Shown: piece after piece, positions 1 through 12,734 of the stretch
Position numbering within the stretch: the first letter of the stretch is position 1
Layout of the letters: every line of letters starts with the position of its first letter
Notes under the pieces: generated by a model
What the model saw: the letters and a program-made list of their open reading frames with translations, nothing else
Database searches by the model: none
Told to the model about the DNA's origin: nothing
NCBI GenBank assembly: GCA_951406725.2
Contig: OX597825.1
Coordinates: forward strand, 59,334,001-59,398,000
Length of the DNA stretch: 64,000 nt
Reading direction: 5' to 3'
Source: Octopus vulgaris
Taxonomy: Eukaryota
Program-made: the position numbers and the translations under genes

Positions 1-97
1 GGAATCGAATTCGGAATCTTGGGGTTATTAGCCCGCGCTCTTAACCACTACGCCATACGTCGTGAGCATATGGCGTAGTGGTTAATATAGAACTGTA
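1..97 (-). mobile_element. tRNA-like head of the tRNA/HHR PLE module with fold-back junction
   Basis: Reverse complement of 1-60 reads TGGCGTAGTGGTTAAGAGCGCGGGCTAATAACCCCAAGATTCCGAATTCGATTCC (A and B boxes), matching 9060-9132. It is followed by an inverted copy of the head start and the element's 3' end TATAGAACTGTA. Confidence 0.75.
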
Positions 98-321
98 GAA
101 AAAATACATTAAAACAAATCCATGAATTACTCATCCGTATTGCCTATCTTCTAAATATTTACTTCACCGTATGAGTACAGGCATGACTGTCGTAAAAAGA
201 AAAAAATCAGTTCGTAGCTACGGGGTCTTTATTTCGATCCCATCACGCGATTCCTTGCGCTAGTGTCATTTGCTGTAGGCTCGGTTCTCGCTTCGACCCG
301 ATAATTATGAAAAAATATTAG

Positions 322-720
322 TTTCTACTCTAGGCACAAAGCCCGAAATTTTGGGGGAGGGGGGGCAGTCTATTAGATTGCCTTCAGGTACACAACCGGT
401 ACTTGATTTATCGAACCCGAAAGGATGAAAGGCAAAGTCGACCCCGGCGGAATTTTAACTCAGAACCTAAAGACAGACAAAATATCCATTTCTTTACTAC
501 CCACAAGGGGCTAAACACAGAGGGGACAAACAAGGACAGACAAACGGATTAAGTCGATTATATCGACCCCAGTGCGTAACTGGTACTTATTTAATCGATC
601 CCGAAAGGATGAAAAGCAAAGTCGACCTCGGCGGAATTTGAACTTAGAACGCAGCGGCGGACGAAATACTGCAAAGCATTTCGCCCGGCGTGCTGACGAT
701 TCTGCCAGCTCACCGCCTCG
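322..720 (-). mobile_element. SINE family B, head plus second body (dimer)
   Basis: Matches the family B consensus GGCGGCGAGCTGGCAGAA...GAGTTCAAATTCCGCCGAGGTCGAC...AAAGAAATA. The second body is joined at the same junction as at 12969. Confidence 0.85.
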
Positions 721-957
721 TTAGGGAAAGGAATAAAAATAAAAATAAAAATATTGTGAAAGCCTGTCGATGGGAATGGTTCTGTTATTGGATTAAAGAC
801 TTAATCTATCTTCCGGTTTATTACTGCTACTACTTGTCCTCTGGGGGCGTTTAACGAATTTCACTCTATTACAATATTTTCATTAATCGCTCCTAGTCTC
901 CTTTACTTTCTCTGTTCTTGAAGTTCCTGAAAGACGTCGTTTGTACAACCCATTGTC

Positions 958-1345
958 TTTTACTTGTTCCCGTCGTGAGACTGCGCCCAAGCTGGAACAC
1001 CACCTTGAAGAATTTTTAGTCGAATGAATCAACTCCAGTACATTTTTTTAAAAATGTAAACCTGGTGCTTATTCTATCGGTCTCCAATGCCGAACTGCTT
1101 AGTTTCGGGGACGTAAACCGATGGTCAAGCGGCGGTGAGAGACAAGCACAGAGACAAAGCCACCCAAACACACGACAAGCTTCTTTCAGTTTCCATCTAC
1201 CAAATCCACTCACAAAGCAATTGTCGGCCCGAGGCTATAGTAGAAGACACTTGCCGAATTGCCGAAGGTGCCACGCAATGGGACTGAACCCAGAACCATG
1301 TGATTAGGAAGCAAGCTTCATATCACACAGCTACACATGTGCCTT
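958..1345 (-). mobile_element. SINE family A (diverged full-length copy)
   Basis: Head GGTTCAGTCCC...GGCACCTT and tail GGTGGTGTTCCAGCTTGGGCGCAGTC; homologous to 23950-24385. Confidence 0.85.
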
Positions 1346-2282
1346 CAAACTCTGATTAAACCATAGAAAATAAATAAATAGATAAATAAATGAATAAAAT
1401 GAAAAGAAAAAGCAGAGGAAAGCGGAAAGAAGAAAGTACTCGGTGGAGGTACTTGATATCTGTTACTTTGGATTCGGTTACGGGAGCTTTCAATGTAATA
1501 TCCCTCAGCTGAATTCAATAATTCCATTGCAAATATAAAGTAATAAAGGATTAGTATCAGAAAATATATATTCTTATTAGCACTGCCGCATCAAAGAAGA
1601 CTGACTGTTGGGATTTAATCTGGATTCAGGTAAAGAAACAGGCAGTTACATAAGTACCACCACCACCGCCAACAACAACAACAACAACTCTACTACCACC
1701 TCAAACGGGGGATCACTTTTTATCAGATTTATCATGTCAGCAAACAGAGTCTATAGATTCGCTTTTACCACATTTTCTGACGATAACGTCTATTATTTTC
1801 TTTCTGATTATTCCTTTCTGGGAATAACATTTGTGATTTTCCTTCTAAGTATTCCTTTCCGGTAATAACGGCTATTATTTCCTTTCTAAGTTTTTTTTTC
1901 AGAAGTAAATTTTAAGACCTTGTCGCTGTAGGTTGAGCAAACCAAAACATTTTTTTTATCTGCATTTTGAATTTCTAACTAAAAGAACGATGTTTATTAA
2001 CGCTATTAACTCTTCTAGTGTGGATTCAAGTAGAACTTGATCTTATTACATCTGTACTAAGGAAACCTGTCGGAAGGGACTACAAGATAGTTGAACGAGA
2101 AATGAAGGGATCAACGTGAGGGTAATAACCACTTCTTATAGCGAAACTTATACAGTGCTGAAAAGAAAAAAGACAAGACTAAAATCCAACTCAACGCAGA
2201 AAAAATATATTAGAAGACATAGCAATTAAGAGGTAATAGCCATCTCCAATGAAATTTGTCTTACGCAGTGGCAAAATGCCTG

Positions 2283-2462
2283 CCATATTTCCCGGTATAC
2301 AAGCCAGCGTAGTATATAGTGTAAACATGTAGTGTAGACATTCAAATACTGTTGCTATCTTTCCATATTCTGCCCCATTTGATATCAAATTTTTGGTCGA
2401 TCCATGTTTCTTGGCTGTAAATTTTGGCTAGAAAATTTCGCCTTGTACGCCGGATAATACGG
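2283..2462. mobile_element. small pogo/Tc2-like MITE
   Basis: Imperfect TIRs CCATATTTCCCGGTATACAAG ... CTTGTACGCCGGATAATACGG. Confidence 0.5.
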
Positions 2463-2631
2463 TTAAAAAAATTATGAATGATATAGAATAAATGTAGCTT
2501 ATAAATTTATGCAAAAGTCGTCGCCTATGTCAAAGTTTGAACCATCTAAAAGTGAAAGATAGGCTACTCGTTTCAGCTTTCCGTTGCTGTGCATTCCTTC
2601 TTACATACATAATATAAATAGAAGTGACTGC

Positions 2632-3050
2632 CGAAATGAAAATATTCATCGCATATTTAGTCTCTCATATAAAATAACACAGCTCTAGCGATCCTGCGTA
2701 TCAGTGAATTGGAAATATGGCAAGGCAAGGTGGATCAGGAATATAGAATCAAGCTGTGACAAAAATGTTATTTATTTTGGCACATGTTTAACTTTTACTT
2801 TCTCGTCAAACCATATCAAGTGTGGTAGGGTAAGGGTCTGGTTCTAGTGTCAGGTGAAAGAGGATTAAAGGGTGGAATAAGGGGTCCTTTTTCTGGTATT
2901 TTCTTCAAACATTGCAGTCATGGCATTCGAGAACATTCTGGGGTTTATTAAGAGATGTAACCCAAGTTTATGCCTTTCTAATTGTTCACGTTTTACATAT
3001 TTTCCTTTCTTTGTTTTTAAAGTTTATCTTATTTTAGTATTATTAAATCA
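2632..3050 (-). repeat. dispersed repeat (second copy at 5701-6075), possibly a decayed PLE terminal repeat
   Basis: Clear alignment with 5701-6075. A degenerate HHR-like TGAYGA...AAACATGT-GCCA lies on the minus strand. Confidence 0.65.
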
Positions 3051-3275
3051 AGATTGGTTTACATTCTTAGTTCAAGTCACACTAAGATTAGAATTAGCAT
3101 TCGGCTTTCTGGCGTCGATAAAATAAAGTACCAGTCTACACACATATATAAACACACAGAGACGAACACACACACAGATATATATGTATATATACATATA
3201 TACATGCTCAGACATATACACAAAATTGTGTGCATATTCATGCATAAAGCAGCAAGGGAAAAAAACATATACACA

Positions 3276-3342
<67 letters not shown>

Positions 3343-3362
3343 ATATACATATATATATACAT

Positions 3363-3410
<48 letters not shown>

Positions 3411-4344
3411 GTGGAAGTATATATGATATCTGCAGATGCATGCATACATACACACACATATATAAACACATGTATTGGTGTTTATACAAGGCAGATACTT
3501 ACATATTACACAATTATACACTTTATACATTTATATATATATATATATGCATATATTTCTGCGTATTTATATGTGCGTATATATGCATGTATATTTGTGT
3601 ATATGTTTGTGTGTGTGAGAGAGAGGGAGAGAATGAGTGAGAGAGAGTGAGAGAGAGAGAGGGGGGCGCATTCAGGCACCATAAATGCTACACCTACAAC
3701 GTTCATACTGTGATCAGTATCGGATCAACTGAAAGTAGATAAATGTCACTGAAAGTATTTTTCATGAAAAATTCCATACACGTGCACACGCACATACACA
3801 TATAATATTCACATATAATATAATTATAATTATCTATAACTATCTATGTGCATATATTACGAGAGCGTGTCTGTGTCTGTGTGTTTCTGAAAATACCGGT
3901 ATATATATAAAAAACAAGTTAAATATAATGGTCATTACATATTTTTCCTTTATTGGTGCAAATTTGGCTTACAGTTGTTTCCAGTAGTCATTATAAGTAT
4001 ATCACAGATAGGTTTACTTAATTGGTCATAGTCAATTGAGGAAAAATGAACGACTTAAGAAAATTTATGCTACTTTCGTCAGAGCCATTTCTGGTTATAC
4101 CAACCAGAGCTCAGGAGCAATGACTATTGTATGGGAAAGGTAGGAGGAGAAGGTGGAAATATTCAAGTAGAATGGAGAACAGTGGGAATTTTAAATAAAG
4201 TATCTATAAAATTATTTTTGAAAAAATTGAATGGTTATGGGATCTACTAGAATAGAATAATTATCAAATGGTTCCATAGGTAAAAAATGGTTGAGAACCA
4301 GTGGTATTATGAACGTGTGACCTAATCAACATTGCTAATTAGTT

Positions 4345-4470
4345 TCATGGTTTTAGAAATAAAAGAAAATCCAGGAAGATCAATTAATTATGACTTTATT
4401 CAACATATTCCTCTCAGATTCACACACTTATTGCAGCGGTCCTTTAGCTTTTCTAAGCCTAGTACATCGT
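4345..4470 (-). mobile_element. mariner-derived MITE, partial
   Basis: Homologous to 48105-48298 and 31268-31480. Confidence 0.6.
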
Positions 4471-4574
4471 CGGACGATATAAGATTGGTGATCTTCCACG
4501 ATGGAAGGGTAAGTAGGGTAGACTTCTTGTTAAGTAAGTAGGGAACACTTTCTTGTTAAGCATTGTGTTTTGTA

Positions 4575-4708
4575 ACCAAATCCACTCACAAGGCTTTGGT
4601 TGGCCCGAGGCTATAATAGAAGACTCTTGCCCAAGGTGCCGCGCAGTGAGACTGAACACAGCACCATGTGATTGGGAAGCTAGCTTCTTACCACACAGCC
4701 ACGCGTGT
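4575..4708 (-). mobile_element. SINE family A, 5' part
   Basis: Reverse complement of the family A head (GTGGCTGTGTGGTAAGAAGC...GGCACCTTGGGCAAG). Confidence 0.85.
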
Positions 4709-5334
4709 GCCTATATATACATATAAATAGTTATCGCCAAGCTAACATGGCAGTCCAGGAAAATAGGACGAATGCTGCCGTTGATTTGCTCCAAGAAATA
4801 GACCTTTCTGTGTATCCCAGAATGCTCTATGTTGGCGGTTTTTCTATGCTCCACATAATTCCTTCAGCCATTATAATTCTAACATAGCAGTTTTGTGAAA
4901 TGAACAGAAGTGTGACAAGTATCTTATCATATATCAGGAAATTATACCCACCTTATTATGGATTAATCATGGATGGATTCATCGTCTGTGAGTATGAAAT
5001 ATCTCCTCATATCTCCGGTAATTGAACCCATATTATGGACGGATTTACTTTTTCTGTGAAGCTAACAAGCTTTTTTAAAAGCCTGTTATAAAACTGTGCA
5101 TCATTAGAGAACTTTGGAAGTCTGGTTACAATCTAAATTTGCTTTTTATAGAACTATCTTCGATACTTCATGAGTGTAGCCTCACCCCCTAGGATGCTTG
5201 GAGAACTCATATGTGTTTTGGCTGATGAGTACGGGACACTTGTATTTGCTGCAATATTTGCATCTTTTAATAAAGCTGTTCTTCGTATGAAACAATTGTA
5301 CTGAAAAACTAATCCATTCTTGTTGCTTTTTTCT

Positions 5335-5377
<43 letters not shown>

Positions 5378-5552
5378 TTGAATATATATATATATATATA
5401 TATATATCAAATTAGTGTATCCTTTAAACACAAAACAGGCGACCCTTAACAGGCAGCCTCACATGCTAGGAGGAGCAGTCACAACCACATTTAAGAGCAA
5501 TTTCGAAGGGAATGAAAAATAAAAACTTTCACGTTGTTTTTTTTTACCTTCG

Positions 5553-5601
<49 letters not shown>

Positions 5602-5640
5602 CACATACACATATGGAAGAGAAAATGAGGGGGAGAGGAA

Positions 5641-5700
<60 letters not shown>

Positions 5701-6075
5701 GAAATGAGAATATTCATGGCATATTTTCTCTCTCGTATAAAATAGCACAGTTCTAGCGATCCTGTGTTTTAGTGAATTGGAAATATGGCAAGGTGGACCA
5801 GGAATATAGATTCAAGCTGTGACAGAAATGTTATTTATTTTGGCACATGTTTAGATTCTGCTTCATCATAAAGCTATATCAACTTGGAAGGGTAAGGGTT
5901 TGCTTCTAGTGTCAGGTAATTGAGCGTTGAGGAGGTGGTACTGGGGTTCGGTTACTGAAATTGTTTTTCTGAAGCATTGCAGCCGTTGATTATAAACTTT
6001 TTGGAGTTTAAAACATATAACATAGATTTATTTTGTTAATGTGTATTTAAATATTGTTTTTTATTTGGTTTTTTT
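5701..6075 (-). repeat. second copy of the 2632-3050 repeat
   Basis: Shares blocks such as CTAGCGATCCTG, GAATTGGAAATATGGCAAGG and TTATTTATTTTGGCACATGTTTA. Confidence 0.65.
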
Positions 6076-6135
6076 TTTATGTTCATCTTATGTTTGTGCC
6101 ATTAAACAGTTTTCTTGTGAAAAAAAAATCAATTT

Positions 6136-6300
6136 AGGCGATGGCGTGGCTGTGTGCTTAGACGATTACTTCCCAATCACATGGTTCCGGGTTCAATCCC
6201 TCTGCATGGCACCTTGGGCAAGTGTCTTCTACTATTGCTGCGGGCCGACCAAAGCCTTGTGAGTGGATCTGATAGGCAGCAAACTGAAAGAAGCACGTCA
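6136..6300 (+). mobile_element. SINE family A, 5' half
   Basis: GGCGTGGCTGTGTG...GGTTCAATCCC...GGCACCTTGGGCAAGTG, ending at the internal (TA)n. Confidence 0.85.
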
Positions 6301-6307
6301 TACATAC

Positions 6308-6398
<91 letters not shown>

Positions 6399-6404
6399 AT
6401 ATTC

Positions 6405-6439
<35 letters not shown>

Positions 6440-6445
6440 CATATA

Positions 6446-6775
6446 TATGGCTCAGTGGTTAGAGTGTAGAACTTGCGATCGTGAGTTTGTGAGCTCGAAT
6501 CCCGGACCGGGCTGCGTGTTGCGTTCTTGAGCAAGACACTATTTCACGTTGCTCCAGTTCACTCAGCTGTAGAAATGAGTTGCGACGTCACAGGTGCGGA
6601 GGTGTATCGGCCCCTTTGCCTTTCCCTTGGATAACACTGGTGGCATGGAGAGGGGAGGTCGGTATGCATGGGCGACTGCTGGTCTTCCATAAACAACCTT
6701 GCATGGACTTGTGCCTGGGAGGGTACCTTTCTAGGTGCAATCCTATGGTCAGTGCCGTGACCGAAGGGGGTCCCA
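6446..6775 (+). mobile_element. SINE family C (tRNA-Arg-like head)
   Basis: A box TGGCTCAGTGG and B box GCTCGAATCCC; near-identical to 29314-29644. Confidence 0.85.
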
Positions 6776-6985
6776 GACTCAAACTCATATATATATATAT
6801 ATCATTGGTTAATAATTCACGTGTAATATATAAATAAAACTATTTCATTGGCTCGTTTCAAATTTTGTTTTGTTTTTGTTTTGTTAATATTTTTTCAACT
6901 TTACAACATTCCATTCAATGGCTCGTGTGTGTGCATGCGCGCGCGAGCGTGTGTGCATGCGCGCGCGAGCGTGTGTGTGTGTTCA

Positions 6986-8561
6986 TGCGAAGTGCATCCC
7001 AGAAGTTTCGAGACTTTTGTGGGAGAGTCATTTACGATTGTTCTATATTATTGTAATTTTAGTATATCATTATTATACGCTCACTAAACTGATCTGCCAA
7101 CTTTTGTTATTCCAGGTTGAAGCTGACGGATGTGACAGCACCCGCTAAACACCGCCTCTTACAGCTGACTAGTTTGCAGAATGCAGTCAGCATGTGAAGA
7201 CAATTTGGATGCTGGCGATGCAATAGTTTTGAGTTAAACTGGGCGAAATACGCTACAGTAGCTAAGGAAATTCTCCATTCTGCTTATGGATTAACTTGTA
7301 TGAGTTGAGCATCTGTCTTTCTCTGATACAAAATGTTCGAGAACAGTATAAAGAAAGAAAGAGACGATGCGAGGTATGGGTTGGGCAGAGGCATCAGCAC
7401 ATCAGTCTGGCTGTGGCAATTCGCAATTTTCGAGATGAAGACCGTCGTGTGTTTATAAAGATGATAAGCATACAGTTTGTAGTTGATGTGACAACTATAC
7501 ATAGAATTATTCATGAAGATCTGAGCATGCGCAAAGTCTGGGTTAAGTTTGAATTCAGGGTGCTCAGTGAAGATTAGAAGAAAAGACGCGTTAGTGTCAG
7601 CAGAGAGGAGATTGGGTTCATTAAACCCAATACAAGAATACTTGAATCTAGTGATCTGTGACGAAAGCTGGTTCTACCGTTACGATACAGAGATCAAGAG
7701 ACAGTGTATCCAATGAAAGCATCCTGGATCCACGAGACCCAAGAGGGCCAGGCAAATCAGGTCCAGCAGGAAGCACATTATGATCCCCTTTTTTGATAGC
7801 AAGAGCATCATTTACATCTGCTGGGTCCTCTCTGGCTGAACAGTCAACAAAGAGTTCTTTGTGGACGTTCTGAGAGAGTTCAGAAAGCAATTTCGTTGCA
7901 AAAAGGGCAGAATTCTTTCACCCCGATCGGTGGTACTTGCACCAGAACAATTCATTAGCCCACAATTCCATTCCAGCAACCAACTACTTGACAGAGATGG
8001 GCATTAAAGCTGTCCGTCACCTCTCTACAATGTATATTTCTTTACTACCCACAAGGGGCTAAACACAGAGGGGACAAGCAAGGACAGACAAAGGGATTAA
8101 ATCGATTACATCGACCCCAGTGCGTAACTGGTACTTAATTTATCGACCCCGAAAGGATGAAAGGCAAAGTCGACCTCGGCGGAATTTGAACTCATAACGT
8201 AACGGCAGACGAAATACCGCTGCGCATTTCTCCCGACGTGCTAACGTTTCTGCCAGCTCGCCGCCTTTCTACAATGTAGACCTTGCTTCCTTTGGCTTTT
8301 GGTTGTTTCCCAAGCTGAAGGGGAGCCTCAATCGCAGTCATTTTGGAGACATTGAGAAGATGAAAGAGGCTGTGACAAGGGTCCTCGATACCTTCACTTA
8401 TGATGATTCCCATCACTTCCAAGGGCCCTAACGAAGTGAACGGAGCGCTGCAACAAGTGCATTAAGTTAAAAGATCCTACTTTGAAGGACATTAGAGTTT
8501 TGTACTTTGAAATTAATGTCTTTCCTGAAAAAGTCTCAAAACGTTTGGAATGTACCTCATA
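6986..8561 (+). mobile_element. mariner (DD34D-type) transposon, full length but decayed
   Basis: TIRs CGAAGTGCATCCCAGAAGTTTCGAGACTTTT ... AAAAGTCTCAAAACGTTTGGAATGTACCTCA. Broken transposase motifs ICDESWFYRYD, TVNKEFFVDVL, LHQNNSLAH and FWLFPKLK. Confidence 0.9.
8036..8267 (-). mobile_element. SINE family B inserted in the mariner
   Basis: Full family B monomer flanked by the direct repeat TCTACAATGTA (TSD). Confidence 0.92.
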
Positions 8562-8769
8562 CACCCACCACCACAAATACTCCCCCTCCCCCTACAGACA
8601 TACACCTGCAATGCTTTCATTAATTTTGTTATTTTTTTAATAAATTTATTTGTCGAAAACTATTATCATTTTAGGAACTTCCATTTTCCTTGGCTCCTAA
8701 GGCGTATTTTCCGTTCATTAAATTTGTTCGTTTTTATGAAGCCTATTATGTTATTTAGTTCAGCATATT

Positions 8770-8979
8770 TACTGTTCTATATTTAAGAGATGAGGAATTA
8801 TGTATACTATTTATATTATTTACATTTTACGCATATTTGTCCTCGTCTTGTTTTTTGTTAACACAATGTTTCAGCTGATATACCCTCCAACCTTCATCAG
8901 GTGTCTTGGGGAAATTTCGAACCTGGGTTCTCATTATTAAGGTATTTTTCGATGTTGTTGTTGTTGTTATTATTATTAA

Positions 8980-9046
<67 letters not shown>

Positions 9047-9168
9047 GTTATTATTATTCGGGCATATGGTGTAGTGGTTAAGAGCGCGGGCTACTAATCC
9101 CAATATTCCGAGTTCGATTCCAAGCAGTGGCCAGAATAATAATAATAATAATAATAAGGATAATAGTT

Positions 9169-9201
<33 letters not shown>

Positions 9202-9385
9202 GTAGTAGTAGTAGTAACAACAGCAACAACAACAACAACATGGAAAAATACTTTAGGAATGAGAACCCAGGTTCGAAATTTCCCCCAAGACACCTGATGA
9301 AAGCTGGAGGGCATATCAGCCGAAATGTTGTGTTAACAACAAACAAGATGACAAATATCCGTCAAATGTAAATAATGTACACATT
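8770..9385. mobile_element. tRNA-headed HHR PLE module with inverted partial copy (fold-back)
   Basis: Plus copy 9060-9385 is tRNA-like head, (AAT/AGT)n, HHR 9289-9334. Minus copy 8770-9058 is (AAT)n, HHR 8860-8905 and the 3' end. Same sequence as the Poseidon 3' end at 55092-55373. Confidence 0.88.
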
Positions 9386-9719
9386 TACTGTGTTTGAAAA
9401 ACACTATGTTTTAATTGATGACCTCGTATTAAGAGTCACCTTTTCTAGATGATTCATTGCACGAACATCCTTTTTCTTTTTAATTTTCATGGTCTCATGT
9501 TTTTGCTAGTTATTTTTTCTCATTTTTTGCGTTTCATTATATATATATCCTGGTTTTGCTTTTATAGGTTAGTGACTTTTGAGGAAGCGTGTTAGGAATG
9601 TGGTTTCCTCTACATGCATATAAAGAAATATCCGTATGTGTGTGTGTGAACGGTGTTTTATGTATGCAATTTGAATCTGTGATTTAAAGCCCGAATTCTC
9701 CAAAGTATGTATGAATGTT

Positions 9720-9960
9720 CTTCTTTTAAAGATGGGCTGTTGGTGGTACAGCAGTTCTATTGCTGGTGGTATACTGCTTTTACTGGAGACCGTAGCCTAT
9801 TATTTCCTATTATATATTTGTGCTTATGCTATTTTTCTTTAAATACCAGGTGTACTTAGATAGCGACGTAGCATTTCTTCTCTTAATGTTTCGGAATGAA
9901 CTTGTGCTTCGTAAATCTAATTTTGACATTCCTTGGTTGCACTGACATACTTTTTTTAGC
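9720..9960 (-). mobile_element. Naiad-like PLE GIY-YIG endonuclease C-terminal remnant
   Basis: Minus frame SSFRNIKRRNATSLSKYTWYLKKNSISTNI matches the SF...T.LSKY.W.LK motif also seen at about 62050-62160. Confidence 0.65.
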
Positions 9961-10955
9961 TTGTCCTTCTTGCAATATTGTTGCTTTATAGACGACATAG
10001 TTTGTATTATTTTGAAAGTTAAGTAAAATAGAAACTAACGCAACACAAATTGATCACATCTCAGATAATCTCTGCTTTACATTATTCGGTCATTCTCGCT
10101 CTTATTCGATCCGATGGGACTATGTTGCAAAATAATCCATATGATAAAACCACTTACATCTAGATCAAAACTCTATACCAGCACCAGTACCATCCCAACA
10201 TACCTTCAAAATCATCACTACCTATATACCCTCACCCCAAACTCCTCCTACTTCTCACTGTCTATGTCATTGTCCTTCTTCTCCTCCTCCGCCTCCTCTC
10301 CTCGTCATCATTATCAAGCATTTGACCTGCAAGAAATAGCAATCAAATATTCCTTAATTCACTCTCTTCTATTTCTTTTTGTTTTTTAAAAGAAACATTG
10401 AAAAACAAAAAAACAGAAAATAGATTGTTATAGCTGGAATGTCATTGATCACGGGCCTGCTTCATCACAGCTGGCCTCGAGTTAGACAACAACAACAGCA
10501 ACCACTAATTGCATTGTCATTTTATGAACCGTATCAGTTGCACGCACACACACATACACACACAGACATACACCACCAACACCACCAACACCAGCAACAT
10601 CAACACCAAATCCTCCTCCACCACCACCACCACCACCACCACCACCACCACCACCACCACCACCAATAACGGCAACATAATAAACCCTATTTACTAACAC
10701 AGGTGCCCAATAACGCTGCCTTCAAACGCTCTATCTTTAGTACGACAGCATCTGTGTGTGTGTGCGAGAAACGATGTGACTTTCAAAAGTTTACCTGAAG
10801 TTTTCGATGAGGTTTTTCTTGGCACAGCCTCCGTCATGTTTACTTTAAAGAATGTTACCACCCAGAGAATTCCACCCGATTCACACGCGTATACATTGAC
10901 AGAAATATATATATATATACACAAACTGTTGTTTACGTACACATACACTTTCATC

Positions 10956-11044
<89 letters not shown>

Positions 11045-11141
11045 TGCGTGAGTGCATCCGGGTGTGTGTATGTATTTGTATGTGTACGTATGAAATAACT
11101 CAAAACCTGCGAACGTGTGAATAAAGATGTACATATATACA

Positions 11142-11226
<85 letters not shown>

Positions 11227-11314
11227 GTATGTATCTATCTATATATCTACATATATATAGAGAGAGACACATATATATGCATGTATATATATGTATGTGT
11301 GCATACATATATGC

Positions 11315-11369
<55 letters not shown>

Positions 11370-11692
11370 GCTATGCAGGTATATATGTACAACTGTATGT
11401 GTAAATAAAAACAACTGTGGTATTTCAGGAGATAAACGAAAAAATAACAACGACAAAAAAAAGAAGGAAAAAATCAAATCATGCAATAAAGAAAGAAAGA
11501 CACAAATACGGAAAGAAAGGAAGAAATGGAATGGAATAACAAAGAAAGTGAAGCTATGGAAAGGTAAAAAAAAAAATGCAAAAAGAAAATAAAAAAATTA
11601 TATCCCCAAAGGTCACAGCTGTAACAAAACAAAACCACTGAAATATTGTGTGTGTGTGTGTGTGTGTGTGCGCGTCTGTGTGTGCGTGTGTG

Positions 11693-11727
<35 letters not shown>

Positions 11728-11943
11728 ATGTGTGTGTGTGTGTGTGTGTTGTGTTTAGATGAATATATTTATATGTATATATCTATATACACAAAAATGT
11801 TTACTCATGTATATGCGTATATACATATATAGACATACATACAAATATATATATATACGTATATATATATATGTATGTATATATATGTATATATATATGT
11901 ATGTATATATATATATATATATTTATACATATGTATATATATA

Positions 11944-11981
<38 letters not shown>

Positions 11982-12212
11982 GGTGCGTATAGACGCATAC
12001 ATACATACATACATAATACATATATATGTATGTATATATATTAGAAGCAAAATAAAATGATTCAAAAATATAAAAAAAACAATACAAAATCTGATGTAAG
12101 AATGTAAATTTAACAAAAATAAGAATATAGAATAAACAAGCAAAACAAAAAAAAGCAAAAAAACCCCCCCCCAAAGCAAACAAATCCGAAATCACAAATG
12201 AAAGTGTTTTCG

Positions 12213-12524
12213 TCAAGTGCCCCACAAAATCTGTAGGAAGGTAATCACAGACAAGATGGGTAGAATATTTGTGGAGGCGGTGGCTGGGGTGCGATAGAAG
12301 GGAAAGGCTGGAAGCCAGCGATAATAGGACGGGTGTTTGGGGTTGTTTTGAAATGTGAAGAATTCGGAGCTGATGTCGGTTGTCGTTGTTGATGTCATTG
12401 TTGTTGGTGGAGGTGGTTGTTGCTGGTTGTTCTTTGACGTTATTGTTGTTGATGTTGTTGTTGTTGTTGTTGTTGTTATTGTTGTTATTGTATGGTTTCT
12501 GGACTGTCTTATCTTCCAGCATAT
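12213..12524 (-). CDS. candidate terminal coding exon: Thr-rich stalk plus hydrophobic GPI-signal-like C-terminus
   Basis: Acceptor TTCTTTGATTACAG|ATA with an in-frame stop 3 codons upstream. Phase-0 frame of 312 nt: ICWKIRQSRNHTITTITTTT...DISSEFFTFQNNPKHPSYYRWLPAFPFYRTPATASTNILPILSVITFLQILWGT*. No repeat homology outside the (AAC)n part. Confidence 0.4.
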   Translation of the reverse strand: MCWKIRQSRNHTITTITTTTTTTTSTTITSKNNQQQPPPPTTMTSTTTTDISSEFFTFQNNPKHPSYYRWLPAFPFYRTPATASTNILPILSVITFLQILWGT

Positions 12525-12734
12525 CTGTAATCAAAGAATTAGTGATCGCAGACAATATTATCGACGAGGTGCTGTGAAGAAGTTCGCTGTGCAACCTTGC
12601 GATTTTGAACTCGGTTCGACTGCGGGACGTTTTAGGTAGATGCTTCCTCTTATATGTATTAGCAACAGAAGCAGTATTAATACCAAAAGGTTCCCAATGC
12701 CTTGTGGTTGAAATTGGTTGATAGAACCTGTGTT

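Noticed and set aside
9060-9132. Functional tRNA gene (also the heads at 6446, 29314, 48344)
   Set aside because: Acceptor and T stems pair poorly, the anticodon varies between copies, and each is fused to a repeat body.
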